A DNA stretch of 64,000 nucleotides, taken from positions 704,001 through 768,000 of the forward strand of contig CAVVMW010000006.1 in NCBI GenBank assembly GCA_963749495.1, read 5' to 3'. Of the stretch, positions 61,143-64,000 are shown in pieces. Under the pieces are notes generated by a model. That model searched no databases and was not told the DNA's origin. It saw nothing but the letters and a program-made list of their open reading frames with translations. The position numbers were made by a program, and so were the translations under genes. Origin of the DNA: an uncultured bacterium. Lineage in GTDB: Bacteria > Verrucomicrobiota > Verrucomicrobiia > Limisphaerales > UBA8199. Each line of letters starts with the position of its first letter. Position 1 is the stretch's first letter.

Positions 61143-61232
61143 GGAATGCTCGCGAGGCGCACGGCCCGATGCGCCCCGGGGGCCAGCAAACAATTCGGGC
61201 ATCCACATACTACATATCAAACAAGCAAAACG

Positions 61233-61757
61233 ATGAAAACAAAACGTACGAAAGATACAACCACGGCTCCAATGGCGGAATCAACCCCGTCAAACAAACC
61301 AGCCACACCGCAATCCAGCACACTTCAACCCATCGTGTCCAGCATCGGGGAGTCTACGAAACAGAAACCCACAGCACCCACGATCACAAGGGAAACTCTG
61401 ACCTCTAGCACGGAGGAAACCGCGCCACAGACCTACGCCACACCTGCAGAATCAGAGAAAACCTCCTCCGGGACTTCAGACTTGGTGCAATTCGAGGCCG
61501 TTGCATGCGTATTCCAAGAGGGCTTTTTAATCGATTTCCCTGCAATACACGTGATCCCAACAATTCCGACGTTTCGAACTCGCCGCCGACATAAACATGG
61601 GAAGGACGCACTGACGGTACCAATCACAATATTCTTCCGGCTGAAAAGGTCCGATGCTGACAAGGTGAGCGACACGGCACTTGGACGTATGCTGCGATTG
61701 GAACTCGCCCGATCGCCGCTTACCTGGAAGGTTTATAATGTTTCGAGGGAGGGCTGA
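61233..61757 (+). CDS. Hypothetical protein, paralog of 62696-63388
   Basis: Thr/Ser-rich N-terminus and a VPI.I.FR.K..DAD.V....L.RM motif shared with the paralog. Confidence 0.7.
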   Translation: MKTKRTKDTTTAPMAESTPSNKPATPQSSTLQPIVSSIGESTKQKPTAPTITRETLTSSTEETAPQTYATPAESEKTSSGTSDLVQFEAVACVFQEGFLIDFPAIHVIPTIPTFRTRRRHKHGKDALTVPITIFFRLKRSDADKVSDTALGRMLRLELARSPLTWKVYNVSREG

Positions 61758-61854
61758 TATTGACGGGATGCATAGAAGACGCATTCCCGTAATATGCTCA
61801 CGCAAGGCCCGATCAACGTCGCACCACGATACTCTCGGGCAGGAGAACAGAATT

Positions 61855-62502
61855 GTGAAAACAAACAAATCGACATCGAAACACCTAAAGGCCACAACTC
61901 CAGGAGCTGAAAGGATCCGAAAGAGAAAGCTCTCGCGGACAGCCATGGCGAGAGAGCGCGCACTAAAGTTGACCACTGCGCCTGCGGGAACGTCTCCGAC
62001 TGACGAGGACTCCTGGTCATTGGAAGCGAAAGGACGCCCTGATCTTACCGAACTGAAGAATCTCATCCTCAAACGTGCTGGCCTTCGATTTCAGCGCAAC
62101 GAGTTCCTGTGCATAGAGTTTAGTCTTCACACGACGAAACGCTTGCTTGAGGAAGGCCACTTTTTCCCTGGGGAGAATGCGCTTCTGTTTCCTCAGGAAG
62201 ACAGCCAATGTCACGTGTATTCTGCCCTGCTGGGTGCTGATCCTCGCGCAGAACGATGGACGGGCTTTGCTCTCAGCAGTGATGGTTGCTGGCGCTCGCA
62301 CTCCTGGGTCGTCCGCAAAAAGGACAGGCGGCTGATCGAAGCAACACCTGTTCCTCGCACGATGTATTTCGGCGTGCAGATCCCTATCCCTGCCGAGCAT
62401 GCCGAGATGTATGCCGCTGAACGCGTTGCGGAGATGCCAAACGTTAAGACGCTGTTCGAGGACCAACTTCCAACTGACAGCCCTAATCATCCTTCCATCT
62501 AA
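61855..62502 (+). CDS. Papain/transglutaminase-like fold protein
   Basis: SQCH...WTGFALSSDGCWRSHSWV...IEAT...MYFG. Confidence 0.7.
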   Translation: MKTNKSTSKHLKATTPGAERIRKRKLSRTAMARERALKLTTAPAGTSPTDEDSWSLEAKGRPDLTELKNLILKRAGLRFQRNEFLCIEFSLHTTKRLLEEGHFFPGENALLFPQEDSQCHVYSALLGADPRAERWTGFALSSDGCWRSHSWVVRKKDRRLIEATPVPRTMYFGVQIPIPAEHAEMYAAERVAEMPNVKTLFEDQLPTDSPNHPSI

Positions 62503-62695
62503 TTGTATAAATCGCGGCCACTCTGTTTTCCTCCGTTGCCACCCCAGAACCGTCACATTGCCCGCAAGAGGTTTCTCTGCAAGATCTGCGCGTCAGCCAA
62601 TGATTCAGATTTCCACGGCGGACACGGCCCGGTGCTCGTCCTGGAACATCCTACAATTCGGGCATCCAGATACTAAATGTCAACCAACCAAGACG

Positions 62696-63388
62696 ATGAA
62701 ATCAAAACGTCCGAAACCGGCAACCACGGCTGCAACGACCGAATCAACTCTGCCGACCGAAAGAGGCGCACGGCAATCCGGCAAAACTGAGCGGACGGTG
62801 CCCAACATCACCGAGTCTAGCGAACAACAACTCGCCGCACATGCAACGACAACTCTGACTCCGGCCTCTTCGACCAGTGAGGCAACGCCACAGACCCATA
62901 CCACGATTAAACCGCCGGCCGAGGGGCCGACCGAAAACGAAACCTGGGAATATATCACCGCCGAGGCGATTCTGTACTGCGAGGGACTTGGCTTCGATGA
63001 TTACGAAATAGACGTTGGCGAGGCATTTCCGATTCGTCTCCAAAACGCACACGATATTGTCGCGCAGATGGACTATTCCAGGCCCATTGTAACGCTCGTG
63101 CCAATCCAGATACATTTCAGAATGAAGAAGGCCGATGCCGACGCTGTTGACAACGCTACACTTTACCGGATGGTGAAAGACGAACTCTACCGTTTGTCCA
63201 ACGAGTTGCCCAATCTGGCGCCCAACAGTATCGCGGGTTGGGAGATCCTGCAGTTTGTGACAGCGGTTTCCTTGTCAGATCTCGAGTGGTCTGACGAATC
63301 CGATGAGGAGTACACAGAGGACTCGCGCGTCATTGCATTGATCCCGCAGGCATCTCCGCGTAGCCCCCAAGCTGATCATCAACGCTAG
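62696..63388 (+). CDS. Hypothetical protein, paralog of 61233-61757
   Basis: Same leader, N-terminus and VPIQIHFRMKKADADAV motif. Confidence 0.7.
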   Translation: MKSKRPKPATTAATTESTLPTERGARQSGKTERTVPNITESSEQQLAAHATTTLTPASSTSEATPQTHTTIKPPAEGPTENETWEYITAEAILYCEGLGFDDYEIDVGEAFPIRLQNAHDIVAQMDYSRPIVTLVPIQIHFRMKKADADAVDNATLYRMVKDELYRLSNELPNLAPNSIAGWEILQFVTAVSLSDLEWSDESDEEYTEDSRVIALIPQASPRSPQADHQR

Positions 63389-63531
63389 GAATGTGCCGTG
63401 AGCCATTTCGAACCGCATCGCCAACCCCGGCCGCTTCACTTTGCCCATCAGAATATTGCCGCCGCTGCATCTTTAAGGATGCCCGGTGCGGCTCGCGGCG
63501 TCATCAGAAACATGAGCATCCCTGACACATT

Positions 63532-64000
63532 ATGAAAAAACAGAAAGCAAACATTAACCAAGATCCGAGCAAAACGAAACCGGCCAAAGTCTCCAAAGAG
63601 CCGGCGCCCGAAATGCTCCCGAATTCAATTCCGATGTCTCCCGCAGACCTGCAAGCCTTGTTTGACCACCTCACCAGGGACGGAGTGCCGGAATGCGACC
63701 ACACGTTACGGGAGGCCCAGGCGTTTCTCAAGAAGCGAAAACTCAAAGACGAGCCCATCGTCGCATGGCTTCAGCAACATGGCGGCTATTGTGATTGCGA
63801 GGTCACACTCAATGTGATTCCTGACTTCGAGGATTACCTTGACAACGTTGAGGACAACGGGCCCCGTCATTTCCTGAAGGGCCGTCCGAGCACTAAACAA
63901 AACGCGGTCAAATCGCGGACGGCCGAGGGCATTGGCAGCAACCAGCAACCCCCGAGACCGAAGGGAAAAGAGACCGGAAACCAAAGCGCCAATCCTACTC
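63532..64000 (+). CDS. DUF2695 domain protein (partial, runs off window)
   Basis: LFDHL....CDHTLR...FL.......WLQQHGGYCDCEV..N. Confidence 0.8.
   Translation, partial: MKKQKANINQDPSKTKPAKVSKEPAPEMLPNSIPMSPADLQALFDHLTRDGVPECDHTLREAQAFLKKRKLKDEPIVAWLQQHGGYCDCEVTLNVIPDFEDYLDNVEDNGPRHFLKGRPSTKQNAVKSRTAEGIGSNQQPPRPKGKETGNQSANPT

Larger units (their letters stand above)
50884..64000 (+). mobile_element. Integrative element / prophage-like island adjacent to tRNA (extends beyond window)
   Basis: Integrase, excisionase-like HTH and phage-like hypothetical genes, visibly lower GC; far boundary not in the window. Confidence 0.75.

Overview
GC-rich bacterial window, probably Verrucomicrobiota (inferred from the PVC-type short intergenic repeats, Tat-exported Gfo/Idh/MocA enzymes and a Verrucomicrobia-style surface-protein tail). 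(1) 1-15 kb holds housekeeping and surface-glycan genes: putA, an oxidoreductase, an MFS transporter, two NarL-type regulators, GT4 enzymes, a DegT-like protein and a carbamoyltransferase with an SxtJ-like partner. (2) 15-21 kb holds a truncated XRE operon, an IS66-family element with a DUF4338 passenger and a 5'-truncated surface protein. (3) 21-37.3 kb is a type III-B CRISPR-Cas locus: cas10-cmr3-4-5-6-1, two CARF gene remnants, vapBC, an APE2256-type CARF, a Can2/Card1-like nuclease, a Csx3-like protein, an NE0113-type CARF-wHTH, cas1, cas2, a 20-repeat array and a decayed tail with a different repeat. (4) 37.4-50.6 kb holds metabolic and membrane genes plus a blaI-blaR1-like operon interrupted by an IS. 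(5) From 50.8 kb, a tyrosine-integrase element sits next to tRNA-Ile2 and runs off the window. The best candidate for an undescribed system is a GGACRT 10-bp-period direct-repeat box found upstream of cas10, cmr4, cas1 and the CARF-wHTH gene, each 30-31 nt before a -10-like hexamer. This suggests a cyclic-oligoadenylate-responsive transcription factor regulating the type III locus. Several spacers also converge on a repeated hairpin/Shine-Dalgarno leader of an invader. About eight single-base frameshifts are probably assembly errors. All family calls come from recognising motifs by eye, not from database searches.
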